Source: an uncultured Burkholderiaceae bacterium
GTDB lineage: Bacteria; Pseudomonadota; Gammaproteobacteria; Burkholderiales; Burkholderiaceae_C
Reading direction: 5' to 3'
Assembly (NCBI GenBank): GCA_964551485.1
Contig: CAZKDU010000001.1
Coordinates: 1 to 59,375, forward strand
Length of the DNA: 59,375 nucleotides
Both the position numbers and the translations under genes were made by a program. Shown one piece after another: positions 45,664 to 53,331 of the stretch; position 1 is the stretch's first letter; the number at the start of each line of letters is the position of its first letter. The notes below the pieces were generated by a model that saw only the letters and a program-made list of their open reading frames with translations, did no database searches and had not been told where the DNA came from.

Positions 45664-45990
45664 TTACACGGGCACGCTGTAGCGGGCGGCGGTTTGTTCC
45701 AGGCGCTGGCGCTCGGCGTTGAGGTTGGTTTGCACGGTGGTGGCAATGCGGACCAGGGGCACGCCCAGGCGCCAGCGGTTGGCCTCTGCCATGCGCTCCA
45801 CAAAGCCGGTCTCGGCCTCCAGGGCGGGCAGGTTCACGCTGACCCAGCTGGGCGACACCTGCAGGGCACGGGCGATCTCGCCTGGCGCCAGGCCCAGCAC
45901 CTCATGGCCAGCCAGCAGGCGCAGCAGCTCGCAGACCTTGCGCAGGTTTTCGGCCAGCTTGGGGGGCTTGGAATCTGTGTGTGTGTTCAT
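45664..45990 (-). CDS. winged-helix DNA-binding protein (IclR-N-like HTH)
   Basis: ...LRLLAGHEVLGLAPGEIARALQVSPSWVSVNLPALEAETGFVER... Confidence 0.6.
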   Translation of the reverse strand: MNTHTDSKPPKLAENLRKVCELLRLLAGHEVLGLAPGEIARALQVSPSWVSVNLPALEAETGFVERMAEANRWRLGVPLVRIATTVQTNLNAERQRLEQTAARYSVPV

Positions 45991-45993
45991 CTT

Positions 45994-46476
45994 TCAAAAC
46001 TCCAGTTCGGGCTGGTCGAAGCCGGCCACGTTGGCGCGGTGGTAGGCCACTTGCTCGATGTGCTGGGACAGCGCGTCGATGACGGCCTGGGTGGCATTGC
46101 CGGCAGGGTTGGCGTAGAAGTCGGTCAGCAGCTGCAGGGCCTGGGCAAAGCCGCTGTTGAGGCCCACCATGTCTTCGCTGCCGGGGCGGCGGCCGGTGGG
46201 CATGTCCACCAGCAGCTTGTTGGCGCTGGCGGCCAGCCACTGGGTGACGTAGTCGATGCCACACACCTCTTCGTAAGCGCGCACCAGGCAGGCGGGCATA
46301 CGGCCGCTTTGAAGCCACTTGTACAGAGCCCAGTGGTCGGGCAGGCCCATGCGCTCGGCAATGCGCTCCACCGACAGGTGGCGCACGGCCAGGGCGTGGT
46401 CTTTGCACAGCTCCAGCGCCTGGCGCAGGCTGCTGGGGCGCAGGCGTTTCCAATGGGCGCGTGGCTTTGGAGTCAT
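45994..46476 (-). CDS. putative phage regulatory DNA-binding protein (160 aa)
   Basis: Trimmed to the ATG at 46476. HTH-like LSVERIAERMGLPDHWALYKWLQSGRMP. Confidence 0.5.
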   Translation of the reverse strand: MTPKPRAHWKRLRPSSLRQALELCKDHALAVRHLSVERIAERMGLPDHWALYKWLQSGRMPACLVRAYEEVCGIDYVTQWLAASANKLLVDMPTGRRPGSEDMVGLNSGFAQALQLLTDFYANPAGNATQAVIDALSQHIEQVAYHRANVAGFDQPELEF

Positions 46477-46569
46477 GCGGCGCCCCCGGGCTCCAAACAA
46501 ATGGCGGGCGTGGGGCTGGTGCGGCCAGCGGCGCTGGCAAAGAATTCAGCCAGGTCAACACCACAGGGG

Positions 46570-46848
46570 ATGGACATGGACGACTTTGACGAGCTGGCCG
46601 GGCGCACCGAGGGCGTGGCCCGTGCGGTGCTGGTGCTGGCGCAGCTGCTGCAGGCCGCAGGCGTGGTGGACACGCCAACCCTGGTGGCGGCCTGGCGCGA
46701 GCAGTTCAGCCAGGCGCCGGGGCGGGCTGCGCTGCGCACGGCCGACCGCACACTGGGCGAGCTGGCCGCTGCGCTGGCGCAGGCCCACCGCGAGACGGCG
46801 CCAGCCTTGTCGGCTAGGCGACAGGCCGGGCGGGATTTGTTACATTGA
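46570..46848 (+). CDS. hypothetical protein (92 aa) oriented against the early operon
   Basis: The last 92 codons of the otherwise implausible 45373..46848 ORF. Very high third-position GC and balanced helical sequence (MDMDDFDELAGRTEGVARAVLVLAQLLQAAGVVDTPTLVAAWREQF...). Minus-strand alternatives are Ser/Arg/Cys-rich shadow ORFs. Confidence 0.5.
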   Translation: MDMDDFDELAGRTEGVARAVLVLAQLLQAAGVVDTPTLVAAWREQFSQAPGRAALRTADRTLGELAAALAQAHRETAPALSARRQAGRDLLH

Positions 46849-46857
46849 GAGAGCACT

Positions 46858-47046
46858 TCAACCCTCGGCGGCAGCACTCTTGAGGCCGAGCTTGACCGCG
46901 ATCTCATGGGCCTTGCCATAGTGGCCCTTGTCAAAGCCGTTCAGCACGCGTGATACGCGCTGGGGTGGGAAGCCGTTGTCTCGGGCCCATTGAGAAATGG
47001 TGATCCCTTTGTGACGGAGATTTTTCTTGAATTCCTCGGGGGTCAT
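46858..47046 (-). CDS. ner: Ner-like DNA-binding protein
   Basis: 62 aa. ...ITISQWARDNGFPPQRVSRVLNGFDKGHYGKAHEIAVKLGLK. Divergent from the repressor gene. Confidence 0.8.
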   Translation of the reverse strand: MTPEEFKKNLRHKGITISQWARDNGFPPQRVSRVLNGFDKGHYGKAHEIAVKLGLKSAAAEG

Positions 47047-47141
47047 TGCAGTGACTCCTGTGTTGAAAATTGTTTGAACTAGTTGTTGAGTTGATTATGC
47101 GGCATGTTTGTTCCGCTTTGCAATCACTTTGAGGAAATAAA
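47047..47141. promoter_or_regulatory. divergent promoter/operator (immunity) region
   Basis: 95-bp AT-rich gap between ner (minus) and the repressor (plus). Repeated TGTTG/GTTTG motifs and the palindrome AACTAGTT (47077-47084). GAGGAA precedes the repressor TTG start. Confidence 0.6.
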
Positions 47142-47681
47142 TTGCCTCAAATTGCGGATCGATTGAAGAGCCAGCGCGAGGCGCTGGGTCTCAGCCAGCA
47201 GGCGTTAGCCGAACGGTGTGGGATATCTGCGCGCTCTCAGCGCAACTACGAGTCGGGCGAGCGAGTGCCCGATGCGGACTACCTCAATGCCGTAGCGGCG
47301 GCCGGTGGCGACGTGCTGTATGTGGTGACTGGCGTGCGCTCAGAAGCGCATGCACGCCTGGCCAGCGTGCGCACTGCCGCAGAGATGGCCAAGAAGCTCG
47401 GTGGCACACCCGAGCAGATGGCCAAGACCCAAGAGGCCATCTTCATGCAGCTGATGAGCGCTGAGAAAGCGACTAACCAGTCGCTTTTGCTCACTGCGCC
47501 AGAACAACTGCTGCTGGACGAATACCGAAAGATGAGCCTGGACGAGCAGACCGCGCTGCTGCGCCAGGTGATGACCCGTGGGCAGGCTCAGCCCACTGCA
47601 GGCGCAGAGGCCGTGACGGCCGTGGTCAGCAAGAGCATTTTTGGGTTCTCCTCTGCCAAGGGGAGATCGAAGGGCAAATAG
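47142..47681 (+). CDS. XRE-family prophage repressor
   Basis: N-terminal HTH LKSQREALGLSQQALAERCGISARSQRNYESGERVPDADYL. TTG start. Confidence 0.85.
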   Translation: MPQIADRLKSQREALGLSQQALAERCGISARSQRNYESGERVPDADYLNAVAAAGGDVLYVVTGVRSEAHARLASVRTAAEMAKKLGGTPEQMAKTQEAIFMQLMSAEKATNQSLLLTAPEQLLLDEYRKMSLDEQTALLRQVMTRGQAQPTAGAEAVTAVVSKSIFGFSSAKGRSKGK

Positions 47682-47690
47682 CAGAAGAAC

Positions 47691-48245
47691 GTGCAACAGG
47701 GAGACGATGTGCAACCGGTCAGCGAACAAAAACTCAACATCAGCTCGGTGCAAAACAGTCAGCTCAGCATTGCGCTGAGCGTGGGCGACATTCACCTGTT
47801 TCAGGTGACGCCAGCGCAGGAGCGCCGGCAGATGTTGCAGGCCACCTTGCCCGCCGCCTCATGGCCGCAGGCGGCCTGGCTGCTGGACCACGGCAACATG
47901 GCCAGCGAAGACTTGCTGCGCTGTGTGCAGCGTGGCTATTTGCGGTGGAGCCCGGCCAAGAGCCGGTTGAGCTATGCACACAGCTGGCTGCGCTGTGTGG
48001 CAGTGCTGTTGACCATGGTGGGCGTGGGCTACTTTGCCTGGGCGCTGGCGCACATGGTGTGGCACCACCAGACCCCCATGGACATGCACCGCGTGGGCAC
48101 GGTGGTGGGCCTGGGCGTGCTGCTGGTGCTGATGCTGATGTGGCTGGAGCACCGGGTGATGCGACCGCATGCGCTGGCGGTGCATGCGCATCGGCTGGTC
48201 AAGGGCAAGTACTCAATCAAACAAATCCATCAGGAGCTTTTGTGA
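47691..48245 (+). CDS. hypothetical two-helix membrane protein (184 aa), accessory gene 1
   Basis: ORF track. The GTG at 47709 with GGGAGA upstream is an alternative start. TM helices WLRCVAVLLTMVGVGYFAWALAHMVW and VGTVVGLGVLLVLMLMWL. Confidence 0.6.
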   Translation: MQQGDDVQPVSEQKLNISSVQNSQLSIALSVGDIHLFQVTPAQERRQMLQATLPAASWPQAAWLLDHGNMASEDLLRCVQRGYLRWSPAKSRLSYAHSWLRCVAVLLTMVGVGYFAWALAHMVWHHQTPMDMHRVGTVVGLGVLLVLMLMWLEHRVMRPHALAVHAHRLVKGKYSIKQIHQELL

Positions 48246-48250
48246 CCGAT

Positions 48251-49189
48251 ATGGCCACCCTGCTATGGATTGCTGTCGCTGCCCTATCGGGCTTCGTGTT
48301 GCTGAGAATCGTCCGTAAATCCAAGGCTTATCAGGGCGAGCAGAAGGTTCATGGCTGGCTACCCGACTCTGATAGCAGCCCAGGCACATCGCTTTCGTCA
48401 GCCGCATCGATTGCGATGCCAGATGGCTGGAAATCCGATGCTTTCCAATTCGATGATGCGTACAGATCTTCATTCGATCTGGTGGTGAAAGAGATCACAG
48501 GTGAAGCCATTGACCTGGCGCCACTCATGAAGGTACGCGAAGAGATTCTTGGACTCAATGGAAATCCCGCAGAGCAGGCAAAGATCATCATGCAAGCGCT
48601 GGCTGGACAAGCCTGGGACTGGCCTCGGTATGCGAGCCACGAAATGGGTGAAACCATCATTCAAATCTGCGCGGCGTTTAGTTCTATGCCTGTTGATGAG
48701 GTGCTGAGTTTCTGTACGGTGGCTGAACTCAAAACACTCTGCTCACTGCATGGCCTTGCGAGAGGGGCAAGGAAGAAGGAGGAATTTGTCCAGGCCCTTT
48801 TGAAAGCGGACCAGAGCGTGTGGGGTCCGTTGATGACTGAGACATTGAGTGCAAAACGAGAAATGTCATTGCACCGCTGCAGGAAAAAAATGGCCAAAAT
48901 GCTCACCTGTAGAGTGAGTGCGGTTGCTTACAACCAATGGCGGGTGAAGGAACTCATCGGCCTTGCCGAACATGGGTATCTAACCCACTGGAGGCTTCAT
49001 CGCCCTGAACTAGACGGGCCTGTCGCAGAGTGCGGCTGGAAAACCGATGCCTGCCTGCACTTCAAGCAGGCCATTCATGAGTTCCCAGAATTGCCATGTG
49101 CATCACTTCGATGTGACTGCAGGATTGTTGCGCTGAGCCCTAGAGAGGCGAGGAAAATCGGCCTGGGCAAGAAATCAGCCAACCTCTGA
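48251..49189 (+). CDS. hypothetical membrane-anchored protein (312 aa), accessory gene 2, low GC
   Basis: In-frame ATG at 48251 of the 47861..49189 ORF. Anchor LLWIAVAALSGFVLLRIV followed by RKSK. SAP-like VAELKTLCSLHGLARGARKKEEFVQALLK. C-terminal Cys/His cluster. GC is clearly below that of its neighbours. Confidence 0.65.
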   Translation: MATLLWIAVAALSGFVLLRIVRKSKAYQGEQKVHGWLPDSDSSPGTSLSSAASIAMPDGWKSDAFQFDDAYRSSFDLVVKEITGEAIDLAPLMKVREEILGLNGNPAEQAKIIMQALAGQAWDWPRYASHEMGETIIQICAAFSSMPVDEVLSFCTVAELKTLCSLHGLARGARKKEEFVQALLKADQSVWGPLMTETLSAKREMSLHRCRKKMAKMLTCRVSAVAYNQWRVKELIGLAEHGYLTHWRLHRPELDGPVAECGWKTDACLHFKQAIHEFPELPCASLRCDCRIVALSPREARKIGLGKKSANL

Positions 49190-49227
49190 AGCTCTCCCTT
49201 TAGAACTTCACGCGCGCGCACGGCAAA

Positions 49228-49563
49228 GTGCCGCGCATGAACCGACCTCAACTCCTCCAATTCCTGCAGCGCGCCCCGCGCATGTCTGACTGGCTGGCAG
49301 CGGCTGTGCTGCTGGCCGTGGTCATCTGGCTGATTGCCCCGCAGCAGCTGCCGGTGAGCCTTTACAAGCTGAGCCTGGTCGCCATGGCGGCGGTGGTGGG
49401 CTACTGGATCGACCGCTCGCTGTTCCCCTACGCCCGGCCCGACGCGCTGCTGGAGTCTCTGGAGAACGAGGACGACACGCTGCTGCGCCTGGTGGGCACG
49501 TGCATGCTGCGCCGCGCGGTGATCGTGGCGGCGGTGGTGGTGGCCGTGAGCCTGGGGGCCTGA
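49228..49563 (+). CDS. putative holin (three hydrophobic segments)
   Basis: 111 aa, directly upstream of the SLT endolysin. The ATG at 49237 is an alternative to the GTG at 49228. Confidence 0.5.
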   Translation: MPRMNRPQLLQFLQRAPRMSDWLAAAVLLAVVIWLIAPQQLPVSLYKLSLVAMAAVVGYWIDRSLFPYARPDALLESLENEDDTLLRLVGTCMLRRAVIVAAVVVAVSLGA

Positions 49564-49565
49564 CG

Positions 49566-50171
49566 GTGCTGCGCCTCACGGGCATGGTGCTGGCCTGGCT
49601 GGGCTTGCTGTGGGCGGTGCTGCCCGGCGGCGCCCATGCCCAGGTGCCGCCAGCCGCTGCAGCCCACCGCGCCACGCTGACGCGGGCCGCTCATTCGCAA
49701 TGGGGGCTGGACGCCCCGCTGCCGGCCCTGGCGGCCCAGGTGCACCAAGAGAGTGGCTGGAACGCCATGGCCACCAGCCCGGTGGGCGCACAGGGCCTGG
49801 CGCAGTTCATGCCGGCCACGGCCACCTGGTGGTGTGAGCTGAATGGCATGCGCCCGGCAGACTGCCAGCCGCGCAACCCGGCCTGGGCGCTGCGCGCGCT
49901 GGTGGGCTACGACAAATGGCTGTACGACCGCACGCCGCTGCGCTACAGCACGCGTGACCGCATGTGGGTGGCCCTGCGGGCCTACAACGGCGGCTTGGGC
50001 CACTGGCAGGCCGAGGCGCGACTGGCCCATGGCAGCACCCGCGAGGCGGTGGACGCTGCCTGTGGCCTGGCGCGGCGCGCCGCCCTGCATTGCAGCGAAA
50101 ACCTTGGCTACCCGGCGCGCATTTTGGGTGTGCTGCAGCCGCGCTATGCCACTTGGGGGGCCTTGCTGTGA
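49566..50171 (+). CDS. lytic transglycosylase (SLT domain) endolysin with signal/SAR-like N-terminus
   Basis: ...VHQESGWNAMATSPVGAQGLAQFMPATA... (catalytic Glu context). GTG at 49566 or ATG at 49584. Confidence 0.85.
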   Translation: MLRLTGMVLAWLGLLWAVLPGGAHAQVPPAAAAHRATLTRAAHSQWGLDAPLPALAAQVHQESGWNAMATSPVGAQGLAQFMPATATWWCELNGMRPADCQPRNPAWALRALVGYDKWLYDRTPLRYSTRDRMWVALRAYNGGLGHWQAEARLAHGSTREAVDAACGLARRAALHCSENLGYPARILGVLQPRYATWGALL

Positions 50172-50581
50172 AGCCCCTGACTCTGGCTCTGCTCACGCTG
50201 TGCGCCTGCCTGGGCGCTGGCGTGGGCGGTTTCTTCTACGGCAAGCACCTGGGCGAGCGGCTGGAGGCCGGTGCCCGCGACGCGAGCGCGGTGGGCCAGC
50301 TGACCACCCTCATAGAGGCGCAGAAGGGCCTGGTGGCCCAGGCCAACCTGGCCAGCCGCGCCATGCGCCAAGCCACCTCGGCCCGCCTGCTGGCCGACCA
50401 ACAGTCCACCCTGGAGCTTCAAGATGCGCTACGCGCCACTGCCGACAGCCGTGCTGGCTGTGTGTTTGACCCTGGCGTCTTGCGCCAGCTCACCGCCGCC
50501 CGTGACCGCGCTGCCCAGGCCGCTGCCAGCGGACTACGTGCAGCGGTGCCCGCCCCCGGCGCCAGCGCCGCAAAGCCCTGA
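50168..50581 (+). CDS. i-spanin (Rz-like)
   Basis: GTG overlaps the SLT stop (GTGA). N-terminal TM LTLALLTLCACLGAGVGGFFYG followed by a coiled region. Confidence 0.7.
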   Translation: MKPLTLALLTLCACLGAGVGGFFYGKHLGERLEAGARDASAVGQLTTLIEAQKGLVAQANLASRAMRQATSARLLADQQSTLELQDALRATADSRAGCVFDPGVLRQLTAARDRAAQAAASGLRAAVPAPGASAAKP

Positions 50582-50684
50582 GGCCGACCCGATGTTGCTG
50601 GCACTCAAGGGCATGTACGACCTGTATGGCCTGTGCGCGGGCCGCCTGGCCGACCTGTTGGACTGGCTGGAGGCCACGCCATGA
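50424..50684 (+). CDS. o-spanin (Rz1-like lipoprotein), overlapping the Rz 3' end in another frame
   Basis: MRYAPLPTAVLAVCLTLASC (lipobox LASC), Pro-rich, 86 aa. Confidence 0.7.
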   Translation: MRYAPLPTAVLAVCLTLASCASSPPPVTALPRPLPADYVQRCPPPAPAPQSPEADPMLLALKGMYDLYGLCAGRLADLLDWLEATP

Positions 50685-51040
50685 CGGTGCAGCTGGAGCT
50701 GTGGCACGTGCTGAGCCTGGGCGTGACGATCATCGGTGGCTACTGGGCGGTGGCCAAGCTGCTGGCCAGCCAGGCCAAAAGCAGCCTGGACCTGCGTTTT
50801 GCCGCGGTGACGGAGGGGCTGGGCCGCATTGAGCGGGCGCGCAGCGATGACCGCAGCGAGCTGAACCAGCTGCACCGCGATTTCATGGAGTTCAAGGTGC
50901 ACTTGCCCTTGCATTACGTGCAGCGCGAGGACTACGTGCGCGGCCAGAGCGTGATCGAGGCCAAGCTGGACAGCCTGGCCGTGAAGCTGGAGAACGTGCA
51001 GCTGCGCTCGGCACTGAATTCCAAGGGAGAGGGCCCATGA
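50681..51040 (+). CDS. DUF2730-like phage protein
   Basis: ATG at 50681 overlaps the Rz1 stop. N-terminal TM then coiled coil. The position before the terminase genes matches Mu-like phages. Confidence 0.55.
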   Translation: MTVQLELWHVLSLGVTIIGGYWAVAKLLASQAKSSLDLRFAAVTEGLGRIERARSDDRSELNQLHRDFMEFKVHLPLHYVQREDYVRGQSVIEAKLDSLAVKLENVQLRSALNSKGEGP

Positions 51041-51345
51041 ACATTGACCAGGCCAAGATTCGCCGTGAGGCGCTGCGCTGGCTGATTTTGCTGACGCTGA
51101 ACAACGCGCGGCCCATGGGCGCCTACGAGAGTGTGGTGCTGGCGGTGGCGCAAAGCGAGTACCCGGACGCCACCCCGCTGGAGCTGCGGCGCGAGCTGGA
51201 CTACCTGGAGGAGCGCGAGCTTGTGAAGCTGCGCAAGGAGCCCAGCGGCCGCTGGCACGCGGAGCTGACGCGCTGCGGCATTGACGTGGCCGAGTACACG
51301 GTGGAGTGCGATCCGGGCATTGCGCGCCCGGTGAAGTACTGGTGA
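51037..51345 (+). CDS. small winged-helix-like phage protein (102 aa)
   Basis: ORF track. 4-nt overlap upstream. ...LRRELDYLEERELVKLRKEPSGRWHAELT... Confidence 0.5.
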   Translation: MNIDQAKIRREALRWLILLTLNNARPMGAYESVVLAVAQSEYPDATPLELRRELDYLEERELVKLRKEPSGRWHAELTRCGIDVAEYTVECDPGIARPVKYW

Positions 51346-51348
51346 GCC

Positions 51349-51918
51349 ATGGGCCGCAAGAGCAGCATCACGCGCCTGCCCAGCGAGGTCAAGGCTTACA
51401 TCGAGGCCATGCTGGCCACGGGCTCGCAGACGCTGGATGAGCTGATTGCCGACCTGCAGGAGCGGTTTCCGGCCGAGGCGCAGGCCAAGAGCCTGCCGAG
51501 CCGCAGCGCGCTGGGCCGCTACGGCCAGAAGCTGGACCGCCGGCTCTCTGCCATCAAGGCGAGCACGGAGGCGGCCAAGCTGATCCAGGCGCAGGCCGGC
51601 GATAACCAGGACGCGCGCAGCGAGGCGCTGACGGCGTTGGTGCAGACCGAGCTGTTTGAGGCCATTTTGCAGCTGCAGGATGCCGACGAGGCCGACGAGC
51701 CCGGTGACCGCGTGGCCATGCTGAGTGCGGCGGCCAAGAACATTGCCACGCTCACGCGCAGCAGCGTGAACCTGAAAAAGTTTCAGGCCGAGGTGGAAGA
51801 AGCCACCCGGAAGAAGCTGCTGGAGGAGCAGCGCGTGAAGCTGGATGCGCTGCAGAGCAAGGGTGGCGTGAGCGTGCAGACGCGCGACGCGATCCGCGAG
51901 GTGCTGGGGATTTCGTGA
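51349..51918 (+). CDS. DUF3486 protein (Mu gp27-like terminase small subunit)
   Basis: MGRKSSITRLPSEVKAYIEAMLATGSQTLDELIADLQERFP... Immediately upstream of the large terminase, with overlapping stop/start. Confidence 0.75.
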   Translation: MGRKSSITRLPSEVKAYIEAMLATGSQTLDELIADLQERFPAEAQAKSLPSRSALGRYGQKLDRRLSAIKASTEAAKLIQAQAGDNQDARSEALTALVQTELFEAILQLQDADEADEPGDRVAMLSAAAKNIATLTRSSVNLKKFQAEVEEATRKKLLEEQRVKLDALQSKGGVSVQTRDAIREVLGIS

Positions 51919-53321
51919 TGGTGATGCGACCGGGCAACGCCAAGGTGATTCCGGCCAACCCGGAGGGGATTTTTCTGCCGTTTCAAAGTGCGTGGATCAA
52001 GGACGATTCGCGCCTGAAGCTGATGGAGAAAAGCCGGCAGATCGGCCTGAGCTGGTCCACCGCCTACAAGGCCGATGAGCGCACGGCGGCCCAGGGCGCC
52101 AAGCAGGACCAATGGGTGAGCAGCCGCGACGACCTGCAGGCGCGGCTGTTCATTGAGGACTGCAAGATGTGGGCGGGCGTGATGAACATGGCCGCGCGCG
52201 ACCTGGGCGAGGTGGTGATCGACAGCAAGGACAAGCTCACGGCCTATGTGCTGGAGTTCGCCAGTGGCCGGCGCATCCACAGCATGAGCAGCAACCCGGA
52301 CGCGCAGGCGGGCAAGCGCGGCGGGCGGATTCTGGACGAGTTTGCGCTGCACCCGGACCCTCGCAAGCTGTGGTCGATTGCCTACCCGGGCATCACCTGG
52401 GGCGGCAGCATGGAGGTGATCAGCACGCACCGGGGCAGCCACAACTACTTCAACCAGCTGGTGCGCGAGGTGCGCGAGGGTGGCAACCCGAAGAAGATCA
52501 GCCTGCACCGGGTGACGCTGAAGGACGCGCTGGACAGCGGGTTTCTGTTCAAGCTGCAGCAGATGCTGCCTGCCGACCATGAGGTGCAGGCGCTGGATGA
52601 GGCGGCCTACTTTGACTTCATTCGCAGTGGGTGTGCGGATGAGGAGTCGTTCCTGCAGGAGTACATGTGCGAGCCGGCGGACGACGATGTGGCGTTCCTG
52701 GAGTACGCGCTGATCGCGGCGGCCGAGTACCCCAACTGGTTTGACTGGCAGCAGCGCGAGCTGGGCCCGCTGTTTGTGGGCGTGGACATTGGCCGCAAGA
52801 AGGATTTGACGGTGATCTGGGTGCTGGAGCGCCTGGGCGACACCTTCTACACCCGCGAGGTGATTTCGCTGCAGAACATGACCAAGGGCGAGCAGGAGAA
52901 GGTGCTGTGGCCCTGGATTGAGCTGAGCGCGCGCACGTGTATTGACGCCACGGGCCTGGGCATTGGCTGGGTGGACGACGCCCAAACGAAGTTTGGCAAG
53001 ACCCGGGTGGAGGGGGTGACCTTCACCGGCCCGGTGAAGGAGGCGCTGGCCTACCCGGTGCGCGGCGCGTTCGAGGACCGCAAGGTGCGCATTCCCTACG
53101 ACCCGAAGGTGCGGGCTGACCTGCGCTCTGTGACCAAGCAGGTGACGGCGGCGGGGAACATCCGTTTCACGGCCGAGCGCACGCCTGACGGCCACGCCGA
53201 CCGCTTCTGGGCGCTGGCGCTGGGCCTGCACGCGGGCACGGGCCCCACGGGCCTGCCGGGTGTGAGCAGCCGCCCGCGCACGAGCGGGCCGCGCGGTGTG
53301 GACATGAACGGCTACCAATGA
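51915..53321 (+). CDS. terminase large subunit (Mu gp28-like)
   Basis: 468 aa. ...SRQIGLSWSTAY... (Walker A-like) and ...GRILDEFALH... (Walker B). C-terminal nuclease region. Confidence 0.88.
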   Translation: MMVMRPGNAKVIPANPEGIFLPFQSAWIKDDSRLKLMEKSRQIGLSWSTAYKADERTAAQGAKQDQWVSSRDDLQARLFIEDCKMWAGVMNMAARDLGEVVIDSKDKLTAYVLEFASGRRIHSMSSNPDAQAGKRGGRILDEFALHPDPRKLWSIAYPGITWGGSMEVISTHRGSHNYFNQLVREVREGGNPKKISLHRVTLKDALDSGFLFKLQQMLPADHEVQALDEAAYFDFIRSGCADEESFLQEYMCEPADDDVAFLEYALIAAAEYPNWFDWQQRELGPLFVGVDIGRKKDLTVIWVLERLGDTFYTREVISLQNMTKGEQEKVLWPWIELSARTCIDATGLGIGWVDDAQTKFGKTRVEGVTFTGPVKEALAYPVRGAFEDRKVRIPYDPKVRADLRSVTKQVTAAGNIRFTAERTPDGHADRFWALALGLHAGTGPTGLPGVSSRPRTSGPRGVDMNGYQ

Positions 53322-53331
53322 AGAGAGCCCT

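Noticed and set aside
45373-46848. 491-aa plus-strand ORF spanning the early region.
   Set aside because: Most of it is the shadow of minus-strand genes (the DUF3102-like, wHTH and 160-aa regulator genes). Only the last 92 codons (46570..46848) have no better minus-strand alternative, and those were kept.
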